DNA from: Candidatus Binatia bacterium
Lineage (GTDB): Bacteria; Desulfobacterota; Binatia; Bin18
DNA: 64,000 nucleotides
Assembly: GCA_963664395.2 (NCBI GenBank)
Contig: OY761159.2
Span: 4,416,001-4,480,000, forward strand
Direction: 5' to 3'
Below the pieces are notes generated by a model. That model ran no database searches. It was not told the DNA's origin and saw only the letters and a program-made list of their open reading frames with translations. Of the stretch, positions 10,015-20,312 are shown piece after piece. The translations under genes and the position numbers were made by a program. How positions within the stretch are numbered: position 1 is the stretch's first letter; every line of letters begins with the position of its first letter.

Positions 10015-11193
10015 ATGAGTGGCTACACAATCATTGACGTTGATACGCACGTAACAGAGACTCCAGACCTGTGGACCAGTCGGGTCCCTGACAAGTTTAA
10101 GGACTCGGTCCCCCACATTGCCGTAGACGCCAAGGGACGCCAATGGTGGTTCCTCGGAGATCGACGCATTGCGAATCCCGGCCTGACCGCCACCGCGGGT
10201 GTGGGCGATATGACGAACTGGCCCAAGTCCTATGACGAGATGCACCCAGGCGCATTCGACGCCAAGGAGCGCCTCAAATACATGGATAAAATGGGAATCT
10301 GGGCGATGGTGATGTATCCCAACGTCGGAGGATTCGGCAGCCAGGAGTTTCTCCGCTTGGAAGATTCCGAGCTCAAGCTCACCTGTGTGCAGGTGTATAA
10401 CGATTGGCAGACCGAGTGGGCGTCAGCCGATTCACGCCGCCTGCTCCCGATCACCTCAACGCCATTCTGGGATGTTGACGCCGCCGTGGAAGAAATCCGG
10501 CGCTGCCACGCCCTGGGCCATAAGGGCATTCTCTTCACCGGAGACCCGCAATCGCTCGGCCAACCACTGCTGGGCGACCCCCATTGGAATCCGTTATGGG
10601 AAGTGGCGTGCGAGCTCGACCAGCCGATCAGCTTTCATATTGGCTCTGGCAATATGGATGGCGGTCTGCGACGCGACAAAGTCAAGGCGTACGGCAAAAT
10701 GGCCGCATTTGCCGAGCTTTCGGTTGACATCTTCATGCGTAACGGCATTCAGTTAAGCGACCTGATCCTTTCGGGTGTATTGGCGCGCTATCCGGATATT
10801 CAATTTGTCTCGGTTGAGAGCGGGATAGGCTGGATTCCTTTTGCCCTCGAAGCCTTGGATTATCAGTTCGTCGGCAACCGTGTCCGGGAAGAGCGACCCG
10901 ACCTGGATATGCTGCCGTCCGAGTACTTTGCGCGTAACATCCACGCTTGTTACTGGTTCGAGCAGATCGCCCCACGTCGCCTGATCGATAAAGTCGGCGT
11001 CGACAAGATCATGTTTGAAACCGACTTTCCCCATCCGACTTCGCTCTACGGCGATGAAGTTCATGAGCGTATCAAGAGCGGCCTGGGTGACTGTGACGAA
11101 GAAGTCCGGCGTAAAATCCTCTGGGGCAACGGACAGAAGCTGTATAAAGTTGAAGGTCCGACACCAGCGGACGAAGCCAAGTTGAACGCCTGA
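10015..11193 (+). CDS. Amidohydrolase_2 family metallohydrolase
   Basis: IIDVDTHVTE, ISFHIG, VESGIGWIP, MFETDFPH. AAGGAGG RBS precedes ATG 10015. Confidence 0.9.
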   Translation: MSGYTIIDVDTHVTETPDLWTSRVPDKFKDSVPHIAVDAKGRQWWFLGDRRIANPGLTATAGVGDMTNWPKSYDEMHPGAFDAKERLKYMDKMGIWAMVMYPNVGGFGSQEFLRLEDSELKLTCVQVYNDWQTEWASADSRRLLPITSTPFWDVDAAVEEIRRCHALGHKGILFTGDPQSLGQPLLGDPHWNPLWEVACELDQPISFHIGSGNMDGGLRRDKVKAYGKMAAFAELSVDIFMRNGIQLSDLILSGVLARYPDIQFVSVESGIGWIPFALEALDYQFVGNRVREERPDLDMLPSEYFARNIHACYWFEQIAPRRLIDKVGVDKIMFETDFPHPTSLYGDEVHERIKSGLGDCDEEVRRKILWGNGQKLYKVEGPTPADEAKLNA

Positions 11194-11291
11194 AATTTCA
11201 GTGCACCACGCTCAAAAGGAACGGCCAAGGGCATCTGCCCTTGGCCGTTTTGACTGGAGTCGGCAGCCACCTCCGCTATGGACCACCTTAC

Positions 11292-11594
11292 TCAGAGAAT
11301 CCGAATGTCTTTGTGATACACGCACCGATAGCGGACCGGAAACGTTCCCGGCTCTTCCTCAAGAATTTTTCGGCCCGTCCGTTCTTCAAACACACAGACC
11401 CATTTCACAATGCGCTCCGGTTGTAAGTAGAAGCCGGCTACGCCCAGCTCCTGGACAATATGTCGAACGATGCCACCGGCCGTCAGCGCTCGGTCAGGCT
11501 TGCCACGGTACGCCTTCACCACATAGTGCGCGATGTCTTCTTCAATCAGGCCATAGGCAGTTCCATGCCCAACGCCAATATCAAAACTCGGCAT
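11292..11594 (-). CDS. Hypothetical protein
   Basis: Fills the gap between two + strand genes. ATG preceded by GGAGAGAGG. No recognised motif. Confidence 0.5.
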   Translation of the reverse strand: MPSFDIGVGHGTAYGLIEEDIAHYVVKAYRGKPDRALTAGGIVRHIVQELGVAGFYLQPERIVKWVCVFEERTGRKILEEEPGTFPVRYRCVYHKDIRIL

Positions 11595-11808
11595 GCCTCT
11601 CTCCCACAAACACATAGCGCGACTATACGAACCCACGGCCTTTCAAGTCAATGGAGAAGTCGAAAGCTCTGCCTGTCCGCAAAAAATACCCTCCTTCCGC
11701 TCATCGACCTGCGGGTCCATACTTTTCCGTTCCGCCCATAGCGCTTGACTGCTACAAGGATTCATGACGATATCCTTCTTTGGACGTTGTCTTATTCTGG
11801 AGGGAACC

Positions 11809-14091
11809 ATGCCGAGTTTAGTCAGCGTTGGGCAGCCGGCCGGCCATGTAGAAGGGCCATCAAAGGTAACGGGGCAGGCCCGCTATACCGCGGATATTCG
11901 GCTGCCCGGTTTGCTGTACGGCAAGTGCCTGCGCAGCCCGTTTCCCCACGCACGAATTGTCTCGATTGATACCGCGCAGGCAAAAGCCCTGGCCGGCGTC
12001 CACGCGGTCATTACCGGAGCTGAGCTGCCGGACCGCCGCATTGGTCGTTTCTTTTTGGATAAGCCCGTGCTCGCGCGGGACGTGGTTCGTTTTGTAGGCG
12101 AGAAGGTGGTCGCGGTTGCGGCTGAGTCCATGGACATTGCCGAGGAAGCGCTCACCCGCATAGCAGTTGAGTATGACGCCCTGCCCGCAGTCTTTGATCC
12201 CGTCGAGGCCATGCAGGCAGACGCGCCGCGCGTCCATACCGACACCAGCTCATACACCCATCCTCCCGTGCCCGATTTTGTTCATCCGGGTGATGACCGC
12301 CTGTACCCGGACATTCCCAATGTGGTATCCCAAGTCTTCTACACCCACGGCGATGTTGAAGCCGGCTTTGCTCAAGCCAGCCGCGAGTTTACCCATACGT
12401 TTACCATTCCCCCGGTTCATCAGGGTTATATTGAGCCGCACGCCAGTGTCGTCAGGATTGAGCCAGACGGTAAAGTCAATCTGTGGATCTCGAATAAGAC
12501 CCCCTTTGTGGCCCGGTCTCAGTTTGCGGCAGCGCTGGATGTGACCGAGGAGCGAGTCTGCGTCAACACCGCGCCCATTGGCGGTGATTTTGGGGGTAAA
12601 GGTTCATTGATGGATAGCGTCGTGTGCTATCACCTGGCCGCGGCCGCGGGTCGGCCGGTCAAAATGGTCATGACCTATACCGAAGAGCTGTTAGCCGGCA
12701 ATCCGCGTCATCCGGCAGTGGTGACGCTGCGGACCGGCGTAGACGCTAGCGGCCGTATTGTTGCCCGCAAGGCCAAGCTGGTTTTTAGCTGCGGTGCCTA
12801 TAGCGCCTTCACGCCCTTGCATACCGTGCATGGTAGTGTCCACGCCGCCGGTCCGTACCGGATGCCCAATGTCGAAATCGAGGTCTTTCGCGTCTACACC
12901 AACACCGTTCCCGCCGGACATATGCGCGCGCCCGGCGCGCCCCAGATCGTTTTTGGGGTTGAGAGCCACATGGACCTCATTGCCCAGGAGCTGGGGCTTG
13001 ACCCCTTGGAATTTCGGCTCCGCAATACGCTGGTCGAAGGCGACACCGCTCCGCTGGGTGAAAAGTGGAAGAAGATCCGCTGTAAAGAGACCCTGGAGGC
13101 CGCGGCTAGGGAAGCCGGGTGGGACACGGAAAAGGCGACCCATATTGGCCGCGGCATTGGCATGTATGACCGCGAGCCCGGAGCGTTTGGTCCATCGAGC
13201 GCAACCTTGAGTATCGCTGCCGACGCCACGCTGACCCTCATGACGGGCGCAGCAGATACCGGCACAGGATCGTATACGGTTCTCCAACAAGTTGTGGCTG
13301 AAGAATTACAGCTTCCTTTGGAATCCGTCAGGGTCGTGCAGGGCAGTACCGACTCCGCTCCTTGGGAAGTGGGCGCCGGGGGGAGTCGTCTGACGCATAT
13401 GGCCGGTCAGGCGACCCTGGCCGCCGTTCGAGAGTTAAAGGCAGGACTCACGGCATTTGCTGCCCGGCATATGGAAAGTCCGCCGGAGCAGGTCGCCTAT
13501 GAGGCCGGGGCGTTTGTGAATACGAACGGGCAGCGCCTTGCGCTCCCTGCGCTGATGACCGCACTCGCCGACCGGGAAGAGCTGCCCTTACGCTATACGG
13601 GAGAATATGTGGCCGAAGACCCCGTGGAGGTGACCTCATTCTGCGCCCAAATAGCCGAAGTCGCTGTTGACCCGGCAACCGGCCAGGTGACGCTCAAGAA
13701 ACTCACAACCGCGCACGATGTCGGCACCATCCTCAATCCGCTCACCCACCAGGGACAGATTGAAGGTGGGGCGGTCCAAGGGGTCGGCCACGCATTGACC
13801 GAACAGCTGATTGTGCAGGACGGAGCAGTGACGAATGTCCATTTGGGTGACTATAAACTGCCGACCAGCATGGATATTCCGGAGCTGAAAACCGTACTGG
13901 TCGAAAGCGGCGTCGGCCCTGCGCCCTACGCAGGCAAGGCGATTGGCGAGCACAGTAATGTGGCCGTACCAGCTGCGGTGGCAAACGCCGTCTTTGATGC
14001 GGTGGGAGTCCGGCTGATGGATTTGCCGGTGACCGCAGAGAAAGTGTATGCGGCCCTGCGAGAAAAAAACAGCGCCGCCCGGAATGATTGA
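11809..14091 (+). CDS. Xanthine dehydrogenase family molybdopterin-binding large subunit
   Basis: KVTGQARYTAD, LRSPFPHARI, GGDFGGKG, MRAPG loop, GQIEGGAVQGVG, GKAIGE with the catalytic Glu. GGAGG RBS. Confidence 0.92.
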   Translation: MPSLVSVGQPAGHVEGPSKVTGQARYTADIRLPGLLYGKCLRSPFPHARIVSIDTAQAKALAGVHAVITGAELPDRRIGRFFLDKPVLARDVVRFVGEKVVAVAAESMDIAEEALTRIAVEYDALPAVFDPVEAMQADAPRVHTDTSSYTHPPVPDFVHPGDDRLYPDIPNVVSQVFYTHGDVEAGFAQASREFTHTFTIPPVHQGYIEPHASVVRIEPDGKVNLWISNKTPFVARSQFAAALDVTEERVCVNTAPIGGDFGGKGSLMDSVVCYHLAAAAGRPVKMVMTYTEELLAGNPRHPAVVTLRTGVDASGRIVARKAKLVFSCGAYSAFTPLHTVHGSVHAAGPYRMPNVEIEVFRVYTNTVPAGHMRAPGAPQIVFGVESHMDLIAQELGLDPLEFRLRNTLVEGDTAPLGEKWKKIRCKETLEAAAREAGWDTEKATHIGRGIGMYDREPGAFGPSSATLSIAADATLTLMTGAADTGTGSYTVLQQVVAEELQLPLESVRVVQGSTDSAPWEVGAGGSRLTHMAGQATLAAVRELKAGLTAFAARHMESPPEQVAYEAGAFVNTNGQRLALPALMTALADREELPLRYTGEYVAEDPVEVTSFCAQIAEVAVDPATGQVTLKKLTTAHDVGTILNPLTHQGQIEGGAVQGVGHALTEQLIVQDGAVTNVHLGDYKLPTSMDIPELKTVLVESGVGPAPYAGKAIGEHSNVAVPAAVANAVFDAVGVRLMDLPVTAEKVYAALREKNSAARND

Positions 14092-14120
14092 TACACGCGG
14101 CGTAGAGGAAGCAGCCAGGT

Positions 14121-14591
14121 ATGAAATCCATTCGACTCCGAGTAAATGGCCAAGCTGTTGAGCGGGACATTCCGGACAACACCTTGCTCATCGATTTATT
14201 ACGCACCGGTCTTGATCTCACCGGGACCAAAGAAGGCTGTAGCGTGGGCGTGTGCGGGGCGTGTACCGTCCTGCTTGACGGTCAGCCCGTCAGTTCCTGC
14301 TTGACTCTCGCGGTCACGGCGGACGGCTGTGCGGTCACCACTATTGAAGGACTGTCTGACGGCGACAGGCTGCATCCGCTCCAAAGGGCGTTTATCGACT
14401 ACGGCGGCTTTCAGTGCGGTATTTGTACGCCGGGTCAGATCATGTCGGCCAAAGCGCTGTTGGACGAAAACTCGCATCCGTCAAAAGACGAGATTCAAAA
14501 CTGGATGATGGGCAATCTGTGCCGCTGTACCGGCTATTATAAAATAATCGAGTCGATCCAGGCGGTGGCGGACGGAAGGGTCACACCATGA
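14121..14591 (+). CDS. XDH-family 2x[2Fe-2S] small subunit (CoxS-like)
   Basis: GTKEGCSVGVCGACTV, QCGICTPG, GNLCRCTGY. Confidence 0.94.
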   Translation: MKSIRLRVNGQAVERDIPDNTLLIDLLRTGLDLTGTKEGCSVGVCGACTVLLDGQPVSSCLTLAVTADGCAVTTIEGLSDGDRLHPLQRAFIDYGGFQCGICTPGQIMSAKALLDENSHPSKDEIQNWMMGNLCRCTGYYKIIESIQAVADGRVTP

Positions 14592-15472
14592 TTGCCTTTG
14601 AATATGTTGAGCCGGAAAGCCTCGAAGAGACTTTAGCCCTGCTTGAACAGCACGGCGAGGACGCCAAGGTCCTGGCCGGTGGAACCGGGCTGATCAACCT
14701 GATGAAGCAACGTCTGGTTCAGCCCGAGTATCTGATCGGTCTCCGCCGCCTGGCCCGCCGCCCGGAACTCGCTGAGATTCGGCCCAACGGTGGCCTCACT
14801 ATTGGGGCGTTGTGTTCGCATCGTACCGTAGAAACCTCAGCTCTGATTCAGCGCCGGCTTCCCCTTTTGGCTACGACCTTTCAGCATGTGGCCAGTGTTC
14901 GGATTCGGACGGCCGCGACCATTGGCGGCTCACTGGCGCATGCCGACCCAAACCAGGACCCGCCGCCCGCGTTGCTCGTCCTGGACGCGCAGATTCGGGT
15001 CCAATCAACCCACGGCGAGCGGGAAATTGATCTGAACGATTTTTTTGTCGATTATTATGAAACCGCGCTCGAACCCGAGGAACTCATCACCAGCGTTGTC
15101 ATCCCGCCCCAACCCACCGGCGCGGGGACTGCTTTCTCTAAATTCCTGCCCCAGACGCACGACGATTACGCAACCGTTGCCGTCGCCGCACGGATATCCT
15201 TGGACGGCGACACCATTGCCCACGCCCGCATCGCCTTGGGTGCGGCCGCAGCCACCCCACTCCGGGCAAAAGCGGTTGAAACCGCCCTCCAGGGCCAGAC
15301 CCCGACCCCCAAGCTTATTCGTGACGCGGCCGCTCTTGTTGCCGAAGAGGTTGACCCGCTCGCAGACTTTCGCGGCTCGGCGGAATACAAGCGCGACATG
15401 GCCGTCGTCTTTACCCAGCGGACCATCGAACAGGCAGTGACACGGGCCAGGGAAGCGAGCGGGAACGGATGA
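14588..15472 (+). CDS. XDH-family FAD-binding medium subunit (CoxM-like)
   Basis: KVLAGGTGL, ATIGGSLAHADP, DFRGSAEYK. ATGA overlap with the upstream gene. Confidence 0.92.
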   Translation: MIAFEYVEPESLEETLALLEQHGEDAKVLAGGTGLINLMKQRLVQPEYLIGLRRLARRPELAEIRPNGGLTIGALCSHRTVETSALIQRRLPLLATTFQHVASVRIRTAATIGGSLAHADPNQDPPPALLVLDAQIRVQSTHGEREIDLNDFFVDYYETALEPEELITSVVIPPQPTGAGTAFSKFLPQTHDDYATVAVAARISLDGDTIAHARIALGAAAATPLRAKAVETALQGQTPTPKLIRDAAALVAEEVDPLADFRGSAEYKRDMAVVFTQRTIEQAVTRAREASGNG

Positions 15473-15948
15473 ACTTCGAGCATAGCTGTACGGTCCCGGT
15501 TGCGCGCAAAACACTGTGGGATTTTCTCATGGATGTGCCGCAGATGGCGGCCTGTATACCGGGGGTGAGCGAGGTTGTCGCCACCGGTGAGGATCAATAC
15601 GCGGGCCGGATGAAAATCACCTTCGGTCCTATTCGGCTCACCTTACAGGGCGAGCTCCGCATCCAGGAACTCGATCAAACGAATTGGCGCGCGGTTGGCC
15701 GGGCGGAAGCCAACGATCGACGCATTGGCGGCGGCGTCCATATCAGCGCCGCGCTGACCTTAGTCGAACAGGAAGAGGCGCAAACCCAACTGTCCATTCA
15801 GACCGAAGCCCGGCTCATGGGCAAACTGGGTGAGTTCGGCCAGCCCGTCATCCGGAAAAGGGCGGATAAAATCGTGGCCGAGTTCGCCTGGAATGTTGCC
15901 AAACATTTCTCGGCGTGTCTTGCTATTGGCTTGGATGCGGGGCGGTGA
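15469..15948 (+). CDS. coxG: CoxG/SRPBCC family protein
   Basis: LWDFLMDVPQMAACIPG and GKLGEFGQPVI. Translationally coupled to the M subunit. Confidence 0.82.
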   Translation: MNFEHSCTVPVARKTLWDFLMDVPQMAACIPGVSEVVATGEDQYAGRMKITFGPIRLTLQGELRIQELDQTNWRAVGRAEANDRRIGGGVHISAALTLVEQEEAQTQLSIQTEARLMGKLGEFGQPVIRKRADKIVAEFAWNVAKHFSACLAIGLDAGR

Positions 15949-15973
15949 AAAAAACGAAGCGGAACGGACTCAC

Positions 15974-17698
15974 TCACTGATACAATGGCTCCATATCCGC
16001 ATACCGATTCCGGGGCTGAAAGACCCGGATGTAGTCAATCGTCAGTTCCGATTGGGTCGTCAGCGGCCTTGGGTGCGAATTCCAAGTGCCGATGCTCATA
16101 TGGAGCGGTGCGTGGCTGATCCCCAGGGCCTCCAGGTAGAGGGAGGGAGTGCTCGGGTCCAACGGCACGAAGTACGGCTCTCTCCATCTGCCGAACAGTT
16201 GCCTGCGATTCATACCGTAGCCGTATCTCCATTCGCCGAGATCGTTCTTTCCTGGAGACTGGAAGATCCAGGTCTTGTTCTGTGGGATTACTTGCAGCTC
16301 ATCCTCACGCCCATGAATCCGCCGCAAAAAGAGATAGCCCCCGGGAGTCCACTCCATCCCCTCGGTGATGGTCAGTCTGTCTATTCCCGTACAATGAGAC
16401 CCCCCAGAGCACACCTGCCGGAGTTTGTACGACAGCATCGGCCGCACCGCGTCATGGTGAGTAAACGGAGCCCAGTTTCGGTACTGGTGCGAGATCACAG
16501 ACCGATTTCTTACATTGTACTCAACGAGATCGAGCTCGAGCCAGGGCACCAGGGTCAGGACGCGCTCCAGACTGTTAAGGCTCAGGTTGTGAGTATTGAG
16601 CAAATGGCGCTCCGTCATTCTCGGGTCGCCCATGACTACATTGTAGTTCGGGCGATCCAGTGAGATGCGCGCCCCGACGGTGTAGCGCATTTCCACATAC
16701 CCATACCGGGGCTCGAAGATGCCCAAAGTATCGACGCCGCCCCCGCATTGGCTGGTTGTTGAAACATGTAGATGGCCGTTCTCCAAGTATTGGCACGGGA
16801 CACCCTGTGGGTCCGGACGGCAACTCTTCTCTACGTAATTCCACTTGCTCCCGTCCAACTCCGCCAACCCCCGGTCACAGTTGTCACTCCACTCCGACCA
16901 CGTCGTGTAACTCCCCTCGAACTCCTCGGCAAACACCAACTCGTACTCCTCCCGGTCTTGCAACAACTGTCCCGGCAGCTCAGCCACCAACGGACTGTTC
17001 GCCACCGCGAACGCCGCCGGCATGGTCTCAGGGGTGTAGTAACACCGGTAGCGATCCTCGTTCTTCGTCGGATAGTCGCTGCAATCCGGCGCCTCCGCCG
17101 GGCGATTGACCCCCACTTCCTGATACACCTTCTGCTGCCCCGACTGCACCGATACCTCTACCCGCTGCCCCGGAAAATCTGTAAACTTGCCCCTCACCGA
17201 CCGCAGTTTGCCTGTGTCCAATGTGTTGTTGTTGTTGTTGAGCGGCGCATCACTATCGACGCCGAGATGCAGCAGGCCGCTCTCCTCCGCTGAGAAGACC
17301 CGCACCTGCACCGCCCCGCAATTCGACCTGAAGCAATAGGTCGAGACCTCCCCGGACTGCCCCTCCACCGCAAACGTCAGATGGCCCTCCCCGGACTGTT
17401 CCCCGGTCAGGGCGCCGAAATAGATATTTTTGAACCCCTCAGAATAGACCTGCCTATCTCCCACCGTTACGACCCAATCCCGGTGCGATTCGACATCCCG
17501 GGGCCGCAGGCGGGCGCTCGGGTGGACATGAAACGCGGTGGGCGACGTGAAGCGCAACGCAGGCTCCGACACACTCTGCGCCTGCACCGGCAGCGCCCAG
17601 GCCAGCACGGCGATCAAACCAAGCGCACGGACCAGGCAGAGGGCACGGCGCATCGGACGCCCTCCGGGGGCTTGAGGGCTCTCGGTTGAAGAAAACAT
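15974..17698 (-). CDS. Secreted glycoside hydrolase family 16-like protein
   Basis: Signal peptide ending VQA. YELVFAEEF start motif, catalytic ExDxxE (ELDLVE), terminal IDYIRVFQ. GGAGG RBS precedes ATG 17698. Confidence 0.65.
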   Translation of the reverse strand: MFSSTESPQAPGGRPMRRALCLVRALGLIAVLAWALPVQAQSVSEPALRFTSPTAFHVHPSARLRPRDVESHRDWVVTVGDRQVYSEGFKNIYFGALTGEQSGEGHLTFAVEGQSGEVSTYCFRSNCGAVQVRVFSAEESGLLHLGVDSDAPLNNNNNTLDTGKLRSVRGKFTDFPGQRVEVSVQSGQQKVYQEVGVNRPAEAPDCSDYPTKNEDRYRCYYTPETMPAAFAVANSPLVAELPGQLLQDREEYELVFAEEFEGSYTTWSEWSDNCDRGLAELDGSKWNYVEKSCRPDPQGVPCQYLENGHLHVSTTSQCGGGVDTLGIFEPRYGYVEMRYTVGARISLDRPNYNVVMGDPRMTERHLLNTHNLSLNSLERVLTLVPWLELDLVEYNVRNRSVISHQYRNWAPFTHHDAVRPMLSYKLRQVCSGGSHCTGIDRLTITEGMEWTPGGYLFLRRIHGREDELQVIPQNKTWIFQSPGKNDLGEWRYGYGMNRRQLFGRWREPYFVPLDPSTPSLYLEALGISHAPLHMSIGTWNSHPRPLTTQSELTIDYIRVFQPRNRYADMEPLYQ

Positions 17699-17811
17699 CC
17701 GAATGATACCTCCTCTCGTTTTGTTGGCAGATATATCATACCGAATGTATGAATAAAGAAGGGCAGAATATCCAACTCCCCTCAGATGACATGGAGGGAC
17801 TTTCCTGCACA

Positions 17812-20258
17812 CTATATTTTTATCCGTTTGTTCTCCGGGTCGTAGAAAGGACGCAACGAAGCCCGAGCCGGAATACGACGGCCCGCGACCTCTATTTCAT
17901 ACCGACCCGACTGAATGTATTCGGGCGTGACGCCATCAGCATGATTGACGTACCCCAGGCCAATGGCTGCGCCCAGGGTATGGCCGAACATACCGGAGGT
18001 AATAAAGCCGACAATTTCATTATCCCGCCAAATCGGTTCGTTGTGGTAGAGCAATGCCTCCGGGTCTTCTAGCGCAAATTGGACGAGCCGCTTTTTGACG
18101 CCGTTATGGTGTTGCTCCAGCAGGACTTCTCGGCCTAAGAAAGAGTCCTTATTCAGCCGAACGGCAAACCCTAGCCCGGCTTCGAGCGGTGTGTCTTCGT
18201 CAGCCACGTCGTGTCCCCAGTGACGATAGCCTTTTTCTATGCGTAAGGAATTGAGCGCATGATAGCCGCAGTGTTGAAGTGATACGGCTTTGCCGGCTTG
18301 CGTGATGGCGTCGTAGACTGAAAGAGCGAATTCGGTCGGGATGTGCAGCTCCCAGCCCAGTTCACCCACATAGGTAATACGGATGGCACGCAGGGTCGCA
18401 TCGGCAAAGTCGATTTCCTGTGAGCTAGCAAACGGGAAGGCTTGATTGGAGAGGTCCGCATCAGTCAATGTGCTCAGGAGCGTCACGGGAATGCGGACCC
18501 ATGACGCTCAGCACTGCGTAGGCTGAGGTGACGTCAATGAGAAAAGCGTATTCGTCCGCAGTAATATGCGACTGTATGTATGAAAAACGTTTTTGTCTGC
18601 GTGGCCGCGGCATCCACGATATAGAAGCCATCCGGGGCTAGGCGAGTGATGGTCACATCGGCCTCGATTCCTCCCCGCTCATTCAGCACTTGGGTGTAGA
18701 CAACCTTCCCTGGCGCAACGTCAATCTGGTTCCCGCAAATGCGATTGAGCACGCTCACCGCATCCTTCCCCTGGAGGAGAAACTTGCTGAAAGAGGTTTG
18801 GTCGAACAGACCGACGTTCTCACGCACGGCTCTGTGCTCAGCCGCCGAATGGGTAAACCAGTTTTGTTTGCCGTACGAATATTGGTACGTGGGTGTCACA
18901 CCCGGAGGAGCAAACCAATTAGCGCGCTCCCAGCCGGCGACTTCCCCAAAACACGCCCCCTGGCTCACCAACCGGTCGTGCAGCGGCGACATGCGTACGT
19001 TACGGCTTGTTTCATACTGCCGGAACGGCCAGTGCATATCATATAAGAGACCAAGTGTTTCCGAGACCCGTTTTTCCAAATAGCGTCGATTGTTCTGAAA
19101 GGGTCGATTGCGCCGAATATCAACGTCCCACAGGTCCAGCGGCGGATGGCCGTGCGCAATCCATTCTGCCAGGACCTTCCCGGCCCCACCGGAAGACTGA
19201 ATGCCGATAGAGTTAAAGCCAGCGGCAACATAGAAATTCTTGAGCTCGGGTGCCTCGCCCAAATGGTAGCGATCATCTGGAGTGAAACTTTCGGGTCCGT
19301 TGAGGAAGAGTTTGATACCCGCAGTCTCCAATGCTGGCAGCCGGTGCATCGCCTTATTGAATACATCCTCCAGATGCTCCCAGTCTTCACCAAAAGTGCC
19401 AAACGCAAAATCTTCAGGAATGGCTTCGCCTCCCCTGCCCCACGGCTTGGCCTGGAGTTCAAAGAAACCGGCCAGGACACAGCCGACTTCTTCCTTGAAA
19501 TACGTTGCACTCCCAGGGTCGCGTAGCGTCGGCAAGCCGGAGGCCAGACCATCAACCTGATCGGTCACAACATAAAAATGTTCCGCCGCGTGGAGAGGAA
19601 TACTGACCCCGGCCAGGCGACCGACTTGCCGTGCCCACATACCGGCGCAGTTGACTACATATTCAGACTGGATGTCGCCGTATTCGGTCGAAACTCCGCT
19701 GACTTGGCCGTCTTTTTGGTGAATGCCTGTCACCTTCACATTCTCGAAAATCCGGGCGCCGCGCATTTTGGCACCCTTGGCATATGCCTGGGTGGTATCG
19801 GTAGGGTTCGTCTGCCCGTCGCCGGGCAAATACACCGCCCCCACCAAGTCTGAGGCATTCATGAGTGGCCACAGGTCGGCCGCTTCCCGTGGGGTAATGA
19901 CTTCAACCTCAAGCCCAAAGCATTTTGCCATGGACGCGCCGCGCCGGAGTTCCTCAAAACGCTCGGCATTATTGGCGATGGATACGGAGCCGGTCTGCTT
20001 GAAGCCGGTCGCCTGGCCGGTTTCGGCTTCGAGCTCCTGCAAGAGCGTACTCGTATACTGGGCGAGTCGGGTCAGATTGTGCGTCGCTCGCAATTGCCCC
20101 ACCAGGCCGGCGGCGTGCCAGGTGGTGCCGCTGGTGAGGCTTTTACGTTCGAGCAGGACCACATCGCTGAGGCCAAGTTTGCAGAGATGATAGGCCACAC
20201 TACAGCCGATTATGCCACCGCCAATGATGACGACCTGCGCATGCGAAGGAAGGTTCAC
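17812..20258 (-). pseudogene. GcvT-family FAD-dependent dimethylglycine/sarcosine dehydrogenase-like gene, broken by two +1 frameshifts
   Basis: N-part has GGGIIG, TWHAAG, NGPESFTPD. A bridging frame reads AFLIDVTSAYAVLSVMGP. C-part has TYVGELGWEL and LRIEKGY. Shifts near 18585 and 18487. Confidence 0.85.
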
Positions 20259-20312
20259 GCTAAGACGCTCCGTTTCTGTCCTCGTCCACTACAACTGATT
20301 GCCAGGCTCAGC

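Noticed and set aside
11809-14091. Aerobic CO dehydrogenase CoxL
   Set aside because: Lacks AYxCSFR and AYxGAGR; the loop reads HMRAPG.
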